Part shown: in pieces, positions 7,706-15,449 of the stretch
How positions within the stretch are numbered: the first letter of the stretch is position 1
Layout: each line of letters begins with the position of its first letter
IMG/VR virus record: IMGVR_UViG_3300038520_002665
Location: 1 to 25,347 of that record
DNA: 25,347 nt
Source of the DNA: a virus
Taxonomy: Duplodnaviria; Caudoviricetes
Strand: one strand, 5' to 3'
Made by a program: the position numbers and the translations under genes
The notes under the pieces: model-generated
Databases searched by the model: none
What the model saw: only the letters and a program-made list of their open reading frames with translations
What the model was told of the DNA's origin: nothing

Positions 7706-9075
7706 TGGAAAAAGTTGAAACAACAATCATCGGAAATCTCATCTTCAATGAAGATTTCTCACGGAAGGTGCTGCCATTTGTAAGGAAGGAATATTTTGAA
7801 AACTTTCATGAGAAAGTAATATTTGAAGAGGTTTCTAATTTTATTATCAAATATAATAGTATGCCCACGAAGCAGGCATTGATTATTGATATTGAGAAAC
7901 GTACAGACTTGAGTGACGATGTTTATAAGCAAGTTTGTGATTCCATAGAAAATTTAGTAGATATTCCGAACGACAATCAATGGTTGATTGATACTGCAGA
8001 AAAGTGGTGTCGTGATCGAGCAATTTATTTGGCATTAATTAAATCAATTAGTATTGCAGATGGAAATGATGAAGAGAAAGGCAGAGATGCCATCCCATCT
8101 ATTTTATCTGATGCGCTATCAGTGAGTTTTGATAATCATATTGGACATGATTATCTGAACGATTATGAAGAGAGATATGATTTTTATCATCAGACTGAAG
8201 AAAAAATCCCATTTGATCTAGACTTCTTTAATAAGATAACCAAAGGTGGTCTCACTAATAAGTCATTGAATATTGCCTTGGCAGGCACTGGTGTAGGTAA
8301 ATCTCTATTCATGTGTCACATGGCTTCGTCTTGTTTACTTCAAGGTAAAAATGTTTTGTACATCACCATGGAGATGGCAGAAGAAAAGATTGCAGAACGT
8401 ATAGATGCTAATCTTCTTAATGTCAATATTCAAGAGATCACAGATCTTCCACGTCAGATGTTCGAGACAAAAGTCTCCAAAATCTCTAGTAAAACAGAGG
8501 GTTCCCTTATAATTAAAGAATATCCTACAGCATCTGCACATAGTGGACACTTTAAGTCACTTCTTAATGAACTTGCACTTAAGAAATCATTTAGACCTGA
8601 TATTATTTTCATTGATTACCTTAATATATGCGCTTCCTCCCGCTATCGGCAGGGTGGCACTATCAATTCATATTCATATATTAAGGCAATTGCAGAAGAG
8701 CTTCGAGGGTTGGCTGTTGAAGCAAACGTCCCTATCGTATCTGCCACGCAGACCACTCGCTCTGGTTATGGTAGCTCTGATGTTGAGCTTACTGATACTA
8801 GTGAGTCCTTTGGTCTCCCTGCTACTGCTGATCTTATGTTTGCCCTTATTTCTACAGATGAGCTTGAGGAGTTGGGACAAATTATGGTGAAGCAGTTGAA
8901 GAATAGGTACAATGATTTGTCAGTTAATAAAAGATTTGTTCTTGGTATAGATCGTGCAAAGATGCGCTTATATGATTGTGAACAGTCTGCACAGGATGAC
9001 ATTCTTGACAGTGGACAAGAAGAAGAGTATAATAATCATAAGTCGAAGAAATCATTCGAGGGATTTAAATTCTGA
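7705..9075 (+). CDS. gp41: Replicative DnaB-like helicase, T4 gp41-like
   Basis: Walker A AGTGVGKS, YITMEMAEEKI, IFIDYLNI, SATQTTR, ESFGLPATAD and KQLKNRY. Confidence 0.97.
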   Translation: MEKVETTIIGNLIFNEDFSRKVLPFVRKEYFENFHEKVIFEEVSNFIIKYNSMPTKQALIIDIEKRTDLSDDVYKQVCDSIENLVDIPNDNQWLIDTAEKWCRDRAIYLALIKSISIADGNDEEKGRDAIPSILSDALSVSFDNHIGHDYLNDYEERYDFYHQTEEKIPFDLDFFNKITKGGLTNKSLNIALAGTGVGKSLFMCHMASSCLLQGKNVLYITMEMAEEKIAERIDANLLNVNIQEITDLPRQMFETKVSKISSKTEGSLIIKEYPTASAHSGHFKSLLNELALKKSFRPDIIFIDYLNICASSRYRQGGTINSYSYIKAIAEELRGLAVEANVPIVSATQTTRSGYGSSDVELTDTSESFGLPATADLMFALISTDELEELGQIMVKQLKNRYNDLSVNKRFVLGIDRAKMRLYDCEQSAQDDILDSGQEEEYNNHKSKKSFEGFKF

Positions 9076-9353
9076 TGAGAGGTTACTATTCTGTCTTCAA
9101 TCCAGAGGGCAAAAAAATTGCTGACTGTGGTATTGAAAGGGATGCAGTCAACCTTATGCATACTAGAAACAAATACTGGGATGGACATTACTTCACCTTT
9201 AATCCACTCCCAGGTGATATTATCGATATTTCTAATCCCAAACAACTTCCAACCCATGATATTATTGTGAATATGGATGGTGGTGTTGGTGGTTCTTGGG
9301 AAGTGAAAGACTTAAAACTAATGGAAAACGAACAGCAACCTTTTGAACCATGA
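9075..9353 (+). CDS. Hypothetical protein
   Basis: 92-aa ORF translationally coupled to gp41 (TGATG) and to mazG (ATGA). Confidence 0.75.
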   Translation: MRGYYSVFNPEGKKIADCGIERDAVNLMHTRNKYWDGHYFTFNPLPGDIIDISNPKQLPTHDIIVNMDGGVGGSWEVKDLKLMENEQQPFEP

Positions 9354-9760
9354 CAAAATTTATTGATCCCAAAAAATATGCAGAATTCGTCAATGCGGTC
9401 ACGTCGGAACAAAGTAAAAATCACGAAGCATTCATTTATCGTCTTCAAGAACTTGAGGGTCAGGGATTTCCTACCGAGCGATTGCTTACTGCATCTGTAG
9501 GCATGTGTGCCGAAGCAGGTGAGTTTACTGAAATTGTGAAGAAGATTGCATTTCAAGGTAAACCGGTGAATGAAGAAAATCTATTTCACTTGAAGCGTGA
9601 ACTTGGAGATATTATGTGGTACGTCATGCAAGCATGTATGGGACTTGAAATTTGTTTGAATGAAGTAATTGAAATGAATGTCGATAAACTCAAAGCACGT
9701 TATCCTGGTGGAGAGTTTGATGTTCATTATTCTGAAAATCGTAAGGAGGGAGATCTGTGA
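9350..9760 (+). CDS. mazG: MazG-like nucleoside triphosphate pyrophosphohydrolase
   Basis: GMCAEAGEFTEIVKK and KRELGDIMWY (ExxE...ExxD metal ligands), plus NVDKLKARYP. Confidence 0.93.
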   Translation: MTKFIDPKKYAEFVNAVTSEQSKNHEAFIYRLQELEGQGFPTERLLTASVGMCAEAGEFTEIVKKIAFQGKPVNEENLFHLKRELGDIMWYVMQACMGLEICLNEVIEMNVDKLKARYPGGEFDVHYSENRKEGDL

Positions 9761-9930
9761 TCAGTATAAGTTTAGATATAAAATCTGCAGCTGCAGTCAG
9801 ACAAGTTTTGTTTGACGAGCAGAAATTGTACACATATGATCCAGCATCTGTACCCTTAAGAATTATTGAAATTCGTAATGTAATTAATGATCTGGATGAA
9901 CAAATTGAGAAGAAATTGAAAGAAGAGTGA
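9757..9930 (+). CDS. 57-aa hypothetical protein (not in ORF track)
   Basis: GTG overlaps the mazG stop (GTGA) after an AGGAGG SD; MISISLDIKSAAAVRQVLFDEQKLYTYDPASVPLRIIEIRNVINDLDEQIEKKLKEE*. Confidence 0.8.
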   Translation: MISISLDIKSAAAVRQVLFDEQKLYTYDPASVPLRIIEIRNVINDLDEQIEKKLKEE

Positions 9931-9933
9931 CCT

Positions 9934-10113
9934 ATGATTAATCTTGAAATGAATATGAATGATGCGGTTCTTTTGCGTCATACTCTTTTTATGTACACGA
10001 AAGATCATCCGGGTTTTTTCTCTGATGATGGAGTTTTAAAAATTAGAAAAATATCTCAACAGTTAGATAAAGAAATTGATAAAGAATTTGAGGAAAGTAG
10101 AAATGAAAAATGA
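9934..10113 (+). CDS. 59-aa hypothetical protein, apparent paralog of the preceding ORF (not in ORF track)
   Basis: MINLEMNMNDAVLLRHTLFMYTKDHPGFFSDDGVLKIRKISQQLDKEIDKEFEESRNEK*; fills the gap tightly. Confidence 0.75.
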   Translation: MINLEMNMNDAVLLRHTLFMYTKDHPGFFSDDGVLKIRKISQQLDKEIDKEFEESRNEK

Positions 10114-10315
10114 ACCAATTACAGTAGAAGATTACAAAGAATATGGAGAGGAGTTCTTTAGCAAATATTGGTATGTCGCTAAAGAACTTGGGGAAAATGC
10201 AAAGGCAGAAGATGTTTTAAAAATTATGGAATCTTTAGGTGCTCTTGTTATGAAAAAGAGATCAGAAACTAAAGTTGGACCATTTGGATTTAACAAAGAA
10301 AGAGAGAACGATTAA
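10103..10315 (+). CDS. Small hypothetical protein
   Basis: GAGG SD before ATG 10103; 70 aa ending in GPFGF..., tightly packed with its neighbours. Confidence 0.75.
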   Translation: MKNEPITVEDYKEYGEEFFSKYWYVAKELGENAKAEDVLKIMESLGALVMKKRSETKVGPFGFNKEREND

Positions 10316-10339
10316 TTTTGTTTTTTATTTGACAAAAGT

Positions 10340-10347
10340 TATAAATA
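10340..10347 (+). promoter_or_regulatory. T4 late promoter TATAAATA
   Basis: Exact T4 gp55 consensus in an intergenic gap, 26 nt before ATG 10374. Confidence 0.85.
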
Positions 10348-10373
10348 AAAATAACGTCAAAAAATGCCACAAA

Positions 10374-11600
10374 ATGGATCTTAGAGAAATTGCTTCTGCA
10401 TATCAATCGATCTACTTGAAAGAAGAAGTAGAAGAAGAAAACATTTTACTTGAAGACCTTTCTCAGGATGAAGTTGACGATCTCGTTGAAGAGATCATTG
10501 ATGAATTCCTTGAGGAGGGTTTTTCTATTGAGCAGATTGAAGAAGGATTTGAGGATTATATTTCTTCGGAGTCTGAGGTTCTCAATGAAGCAAGAAGAGC
10601 AAAAAGAAGAACAGGCGGCAAATCTTATGATGAAGTAAAAGCAGAAATTGACGCTAAAGAAAAAGCATCTGCAGAAAAGAGAGCAGCAAAAAAAGCAAAA
10701 GTTGCGGCTGATAAGGCGGCAGCAGTTGTAAGACCCTCTGAAAAACTTGCGAATGCAGCTAGAAAGGCATTACCAGCTGCGAAAGAAAGAAAAGCGTTAC
10801 CAGCTGCGAAAGAAAGAAAAGCGTTACCAGCGGCAAAGGAAAGAAAGGCACTTCCACCTGCAAAAAAAGAAAAAGCAAAAGGTACTGGTGGACTTCTTGG
10901 AAGTAGAAGTGTTCCCACTAGAAAGGACCTTGGCGCAGCACCTGAACCAGAATTTGGACCTGGAGCAAAGAAAAAAAATCCTGGACTTCCAAAAATGCCC
11001 AAAAAAAGTCCTGCAAAAGTGGAGACTGGTCCCAAGGCAAAAGTAAAGGCAGGTGTCCGTAAAGCGATGTTGTATCGTGGCATTGGCGATGGTAAGAAAT
11101 TTGAGGTTGCAGGAAAAGGTAGTGGGACTAAAACAAGAGTAAGGAAAATGTCTGATGTGGTCGCATCAGCAGAAAGGAAGGCAGCATCACCAAAAGAGAA
11201 AGTGAAGCGTGCGGCAAAGGAAACTGTTAAAAAAGCGAGAAACTTTGTTGGAACTGCCTTAGGCAAGTTAGCAGATAAAGTTAAATCAGAGAGTAATGAG
11301 TTGGACTCATTTGACACTGTAGTTGCATATTTGATTGATGAAGAGATTGCTTCCGATTTTACTGAAGCAATTGAAAAGATGACAAAACTTTCTGAAGAAA
11401 CTATCGCCAAGATCCATGCTTCTCAACTTCAACTTCTTGATGAAGCAGTTTATGGTGGAGAAAAGAAAGAGGAAAAGAAAGACACTCGCATGACAGTTAC
11501 CAACGCTGATAAGAAAGCAAACACTCCTGCATATCAAAATTATATGAAGGGTGACAAGCGTTATAAAGCAGCAGATCATATGAAAGAGGAGAACAACTGA
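10374..11600 (+). CDS. Probable head-internal/virion protein with acidic-basic-acidic architecture and KALP repeats
   Basis: Follows a late promoter. About 70 acidic residues, then a long Lys/Ala/Arg-rich core, then an acidic spacer. Several (L/V)-x-E motifs sit at the segment boundaries. Confidence 0.7.
   Translation: MDLREIASAYQSIYLKEEVEEENILLEDLSQDEVDDLVEEIIDEFLEEGFSIEQIEEGFEDYISSESEVLNEARRAKRRTGGKSYDEVKAEIDAKEKASAEKRAAKKAKVAADKAAAVVRPSEKLANAARKALPAAKERKALPAAKERKALPAAKERKALPPAKKEKAKGTGGLLGSRSVPTRKDLGAAPEPEFGPGAKKKNPGLPKMPKKSPAKVETGPKAKVKAGVRKAMLYRGIGDGKKFEVAGKGSGTKTRVRKMSDVVASAERKAASPKEKVKRAAKETVKKARNFVGTALGKLADKVKSESNELDSFDTVVAYLIDEEIASDFTEAIEKMTKLSEETIAKIHASQLQLLDEAVYGGEKKEEKKDTRMTVTNADKKANTPAYQNYMKGDKRYKAADHMKEENN
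10761..10868 (+). repeat. 4 x 27-bp coding tandem repeat (RKALPAAKE)
   Basis: Units start at 10761, 10788, 10815 and 10842, differing mostly at synonymous positions. Confidence 0.95.
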
Positions 11601-12784
11601 TGGCAAAAGACAAGAAAGGAAAGGGTAGTGGTTCAAAGGATGCTTGCTATCATAAGGTAAAGTCACGTTATTCCGTATGGCCCTCTGCATATGCGTCTGG
11701 TGCTCTGGTGAAGTGTCGTAAAGTTGGTGCTGCCAACTGGGGTAATAGCACTAAGAAAGAAGAATTTGAAGGTCAAGTTCTTGAAAATGTTGGAAACGAA
11801 CCTAAATTAAAACCGGGGAGTGGTCTCGGTGGTGGAAAAACAGTTTATCCAAAAGGACAGGAACCAAAACCAACTGGTGCCAAACTTCCTAAAATAAAAA
11901 AGGTTACTGAAGGAAAGCATTCCAAATCTGAAACTTATGTGAAGGGCACTGCACCAGTCAGAGCAACTTACGGTGGTAAGACTGAATCTTTCCCCAAAGA
12001 GACTTATAAGAAGAAGTCAAAGAAAGTTGAAGTTGATGAGAAGTATCAGGGAATGTATCAGTCGCCTGCTCCTACTCATAGTAGATTAATGAGTAGTGAT
12101 GAAAAGGCACGCATGTCTCCTGGTCGTCGTGCAATGGCAAAGTCTGATGAACTAGAAAAATCTGAACCTGGTTCTAAGAGAGCAAAGGCACAGAAGAAGG
12201 CGGCAAGTCAAATTGCACGCAACTTCCAGTCTGCTAGAGCAACTAAAGAAGAAGTTGAAATGGAGGGTTATAAACCCATTGATAAAAAGAAAGAGAATGA
12301 AATGTATCGTCGTGCTGGAAACCTAGCACGTACATCTCTTGCTTCAAAAGGAAAGAAAAAGTTAGAGGCTGCTAAAAAATCTGCAAAGATTGTTTCTGCA
12401 ATTTCTTCACAGAAAGAGAATGAGCGTTTTGCTAAGATGGCAGATGAAAAAGCACGAGATAATTATGAGGAGGTTTCTGCTAGTGTTCAAAGAATGCTTG
12501 ATGAAGCAGGCAAGAAGTGCTGGAAGGGTTACAAGAAAGCAGGAACCCAGAAACTTTTTGGTAAAACTTACAATCGTTGTGTAAAAGCAAACGAAGAATT
12601 AAGTATTGATCAGCAGATGAAAATCTCTAGAGACTATAATAGAATGTCTCCTGAAGAGAAGAAAGCAGCAAATAAAAAAGCAATGGGTAATGTTAAAAAG
12701 GTTGCTCCTAAAAAAGATACCAGAACTGATGCTCAGAAAATGACTGATGCAGTTGGTAAACCTAGAATGGGAAGTAGTGACTGA
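11600..12784 (+). CDS. Modular Lys-rich probable head-internal protein
   Basis: Coupled to the previous gene (TGATG). Modules DACYHKVKSRYSVWPSAYASGALVKCR and KCWKGYKKAGTQKLFGKTYNRCVK are separated by Glu-containing linkers. Confidence 0.7.
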   Translation: MAKDKKGKGSGSKDACYHKVKSRYSVWPSAYASGALVKCRKVGAANWGNSTKKEEFEGQVLENVGNEPKLKPGSGLGGGKTVYPKGQEPKPTGAKLPKIKKVTEGKHSKSETYVKGTAPVRATYGGKTESFPKETYKKKSKKVEVDEKYQGMYQSPAPTHSRLMSSDEKARMSPGRRAMAKSDELEKSEPGSKRAKAQKKAASQIARNFQSARATKEEVEMEGYKPIDKKKENEMYRRAGNLARTSLASKGKKKLEAAKKSAKIVSAISSQKENERFAKMADEKARDNYEEVSASVQRMLDEAGKKCWKGYKKAGTQKLFGKTYNRCVKANEELSIDQQMKISRDYNRMSPEEKKAANKKAMGNVKKVAPKKDTRTDAQKMTDAVGKPRMGSSD

Positions 12785-12811
12785 TTGATTTATCTTTAAT
12801 AATATGTTATT

Positions 12812-13072
12812 ATGTGGAAGATCTGGAAATACTCATTAGGAAGTTTTTCTGATGAAAAAACTCAGCGATATGACAATTACGTGGCTTTGGTACGGAGCAT
12901 TATATTTGTTTCTTATCTCATTACTAATTGTTTTATTATCTCCGGGGTCATAAGACACTGGGATAAAGGGAAGAGTGGTCGAGTGGTTTATGGCACTGGT
13001 CTTGAAAACCAGCGAGGGTGCAAGTCCTCCGTGGGTTCAAATCCCACCTCTTCCGTTGTAGACAGTTTATAA
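12812..13072 (+). CDS. Small membrane protein whose reading frame runs through the tRNA gene
   Basis: WKIWKYSLGSFSD followed by a hydrophobic helix (ALVRSIIFVSYLITNCFIISGVI); no stop until 13070-13072. Confidence 0.65.
   Translation: MWKIWKYSLGSFSDEKTQRYDNYVALVRSIIFVSYLITNCFIISGVIRHWDKGKSGRVVYGTGLENQRGCKSSVGSNPTSSVVDSL
12969..13055 (+). tRNA. trnS: tRNA-Ser, anticodon TGA (long variable arm; CCA not encoded)
   Basis: Acceptor stem GGAAGAG/CTCTTCC with G discriminator; D-loop AGTGG; anticodon arm CTGGT-ctTGAaa-ACCAG; variable arm GAGGG-tgcaag-TCCTC; T-arm GTGGG-TTCAAAT-CCCAC. Confidence 0.96.
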
Positions 13073-13115
13073 AGTGTCCACCATGACAGACCTCATTGAT
13101 GTTGAGTGCTATAAT
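13061..13115 (+). promoter_or_regulatory. Probable early promoter: imperfect palindrome plus extended -10
   Basis: GACAGTTTATAAAGTGTC (13061-13078) followed by CAC, then TGcTATAAT (-10 at 13110-13115), 6 nt before ATG 13122. Confidence 0.55.
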
Positions 13116-13121
13116 AGGGAC

Positions 13122-14021
13122 ATGAAAAACACACACCTTGAACACCCCGAAGATGCTGTCCTTCTGGGTCGCAAATCAACACGTCAGGTTCTTGATTTCT
13201 TGAGAGAGAAGAACAGTAAAGTCTCTGTTAAATGGGATGGGGCTCCTGCTTTTGTCTTTGGTCATAATCCAGAGAACGGTAAGCGTTTTGTTGGAACCAA
13301 GTCTGTCTTCAACAAGCGCAAGATCAAGATCAATCATAGTCATCATGAGATTGAAGAAAATCATGGTGACAATCCACAAGTGGCGGCGATTCTGCATACT
13401 TGTCTTGAGTGTCTTCCCGATCGTGCTGGTGTCTGGCAGGGTGACTTCATTGGATATGGTGGCACTGATAAATTTACTCCTAATACAATTACCTACCAGT
13501 TCGATGAGAAAGTTGAACACTCTATTGTAGTTGCAGTTCATACAAGTTATACTGGTAATAAATTGTCTGAGATGCAAGCAAACTTTGCTTCAAAATTTGA
13601 TCATTGGTCTATAGATAAGAAGGTAAAGTATCTGAGTACTGATGCTAAAATTATTTCCCGTAGGCGTAGAGTTGATTATCTTATTGATCTTGCTGGTTTG
13701 ATGGCGAATGTTGCTCGGTTTCCTTCAGACAAACGAGCGACAGAAATCAAAGTAGAAATCAATCGTTGTATCCGAGAACAACGTGACATCTCTGTCAAGA
13801 TGTGTCCAGTTCTTCTTTCCCTTTATAAGTTGATTGCTCATATCAAAGAATTCCTTATGGAAGGAATTGAATCAACCGAAGCAGTTTCATGCTATATTGG
13901 TTCCGAACCATCAGACCATGAGGGTTACGTCATGACTAATCAGTACGGCACTTACAAACTTGTCAACCGCAGGCAGTTTTCTCATGCAAATTTTACTCTA
14001 CAAAAAGAGTGGAATAAATAA
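13122..14021 (+). CDS. Conserved T4-like phage protein with ATP-dependent ligase/covalent nucleotidyltransferase-like motifs
   Basis: KNTHLEH N-terminus; motif I-like VKWDG, motif III-like WQGDF, motif IV-like EGYV and motif V-like YKLV appear in the canonical order. The function is inferred. Confidence 0.65.
   Translation: MKNTHLEHPEDAVLLGRKSTRQVLDFLREKNSKVSVKWDGAPAFVFGHNPENGKRFVGTKSVFNKRKIKINHSHHEIEENHGDNPQVAAILHTCLECLPDRAGVWQGDFIGYGGTDKFTPNTITYQFDEKVEHSIVVAVHTSYTGNKLSEMQANFASKFDHWSIDKKVKYLSTDAKIISRRRRVDYLIDLAGLMANVARFPSDKRATEIKVEINRCIREQRDISVKMCPVLLSLYKLIAHIKEFLMEGIESTEAVSCYIGSEPSDHEGYVMTNQYGTYKLVNRRQFSHANFTLQKEWNK
14014..14020 (+). promoter_or_regulatory. T4-type late promoter (ATAAATA)
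   Basis: Overlaps the stop of the upstream gene, 38 nt before ATG 14059. Confidence 0.6.
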
Positions 14022-14058
14022 TAGATATTGGAGTAGTAGGACACCTCTATAAAAAATT

Positions 14059-15255
14059 ATGAAGAACTTCAATCAGTTCGTTACAGAAGCTGTCGAGACT
14101 TCCGCTTCTACAAAAGCGAAAAAGATGGGATTGAAAGGCGATGGTCATGGTGACTATTACGACAATCAGGGAAACTTAAAAGCAAAAACTATTGATGGTG
14201 AGTTGAAAATTTTCACCGGTCGTGAAGCAAAGAAAGAAGAACCAACTGTAGAAAAGAAACCAAAGCAACAAGCAGTAAAACGTCCTGTTGCTGTAAAGAA
14301 AGTAGAACCACAACAAACTCAGGTAAAAGGAGTAGTTGTTGTATTTGGTCGTTTTAATCCTCCGACTATAGGGCATGAAAAACTACTGAAAGCAGCAGCG
14401 AATGAAGCAAAGAGAACTGGATCAGAACTTAAGATATACCCTTCTCGGACTCAAGATGCAAAGAAGAATCCTCTTGATCCAGGAACAAAAATAAACTTCA
14501 TGAAAAAAATGTTCCCCGATTACGAGGAATCTATCATGGATGATGAAGGCTCAAAAACCATCTTTGATGTTCTGACTAGCGCATACAATGCAGGATATAA
14601 AAATGCAACTGTGGTAGTTGGTCAAGATCGTCTTGCAGAGTTTCAAGGATTAGCACAAAAATATAATGGATCTGATCTTTATAATTTTGAAAACATCATG
14701 GTTCTGTCTGGTGGATCCCGCGACCCCGACGCCGATGATGTATCTGGAATGTCTGCATCTAAACTTAGATCTCATGCAGCAGAAGGTGACTTCAATGCAT
14801 TCTCTCGTGGTGTTCCCAATACTCTGAAAACAATGCAAAAACGTGAACTGTACAATACAGTTCGCAAGCAGATGAAGATCAAAGAAGATCTTGAGCTCTG
14901 GGAGATTGCACCTAAGTTTGATCAGGAATCTTTGCGTGAATCATATCGTAATGGTGAAATTTTTAATATCGGTGATATTGTAGAAAATCTCAACACAGGT
15001 TTGGTTGGAAAGATTACTCGTCGTGGAACTAATCATATTATTTGTGTGACCGAAAACGGTATTATGTTCAAGTCTTGGTTACGTGATATAAAAGAGTATA
15101 CCGAAGTCAAGATGGACAGCATGATGCGTGATAAGAAACATCCAAATACTTTAGTTGGAACAAAGGGATTCTTCAAGTATATCGCTAGTATGACTCCTGG
15201 TGCTTTAGGACTGAATAAGCGTTATATTGTTAAAGGTGGGAAAGCGTATAAATAA
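14059..15255 (+). CDS. HIGH-superfamily nucleotidyltransferase (phage cytidylyltransferase-like)
   Basis: VVVFGRFNPPTIGHEKL (T/HxGH), KNPL, VVVGQDR and the KMSKS-like MSASKLR, with N- and C-terminal extensions. Confidence 0.88.
   Translation: MKNFNQFVTEAVETSASTKAKKMGLKGDGHGDYYDNQGNLKAKTIDGELKIFTGREAKKEEPTVEKKPKQQAVKRPVAVKKVEPQQTQVKGVVVVFGRFNPPTIGHEKLLKAAANEAKRTGSELKIYPSRTQDAKKNPLDPGTKINFMKKMFPDYEESIMDDEGSKTIFDVLTSAYNAGYKNATVVVGQDRLAEFQGLAQKYNGSDLYNFENIMVLSGGSRDPDADDVSGMSASKLRSHAAEGDFNAFSRGVPNTLKTMQKRELYNTVRKQMKIKEDLELWEIAPKFDQESLRESYRNGEIFNIGDIVENLNTGLVGKITRRGTNHIICVTENGIMFKSWLRDIKEYTEVKMDSMMRDKKHPNTLVGTKGFFKYIASMTPGALGLNKRYIVKGGKAYK
15247..15254 (+). promoter_or_regulatory. T4 late promoter TATAAATA
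   Basis: Exact consensus 27 nt before ATG 15282. Confidence 0.85.
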
Positions 15256-15281
15256 ATGATAGGAACGCATTTGTGGCGATA

Positions 15282-15449
15282 ATGAAGTCTTGGAAAGAGT
15301 TTAATCAGAGTCTTGAAGAGAAGAAACTTGACCCAGTAGGTCAAGAAGATTCTGATGTGGACAACGATGGAGATGTTGATTCTTCTGATAAGTATTTGAT
15401 GAAGCGCCGTAAAGCAATCAGTAAAGCAATCGGTAAAAAAAAAGCCTGA
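15282..15449 (+). CDS. 55-aa protein with a DxDxDG loop; N-terminal part of a probable frameshift fusion (not in ORF track)
   Basis: MKSWKEFNQSLEEKKLDPVGQEDSDVDNDGDVDSSDKYLMKRRKAISKAIGKKKA*, directly after a late promoter. Confidence 0.8.
   Translation: MKSWKEFNQSLEEKKLDPVGQEDSDVDNDGDVDSSDKYLMKRRKAISKAIGKKKA

Noticed and set aside
10761-10868. Tandem repeats as a possible CRISPR array
   Set aside because: There are no unique spacers; the units are in-frame 27-mers that vary mainly at synonymous positions.
10625-11410. 261-aa minus-strand ORF
   Set aside because: Antisense shadow of the Lys/Ala-rich repeat protein (AAA/GCA codons give Phe/Ala and few stops); no promoter or SD support.
13074-13121. 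GTG start and 16-aa extension of the ligase-like ORF
   Set aside because: It overlaps the palindrome and the -10 box; MKNTHLEH at 13122 is the more plausible start.
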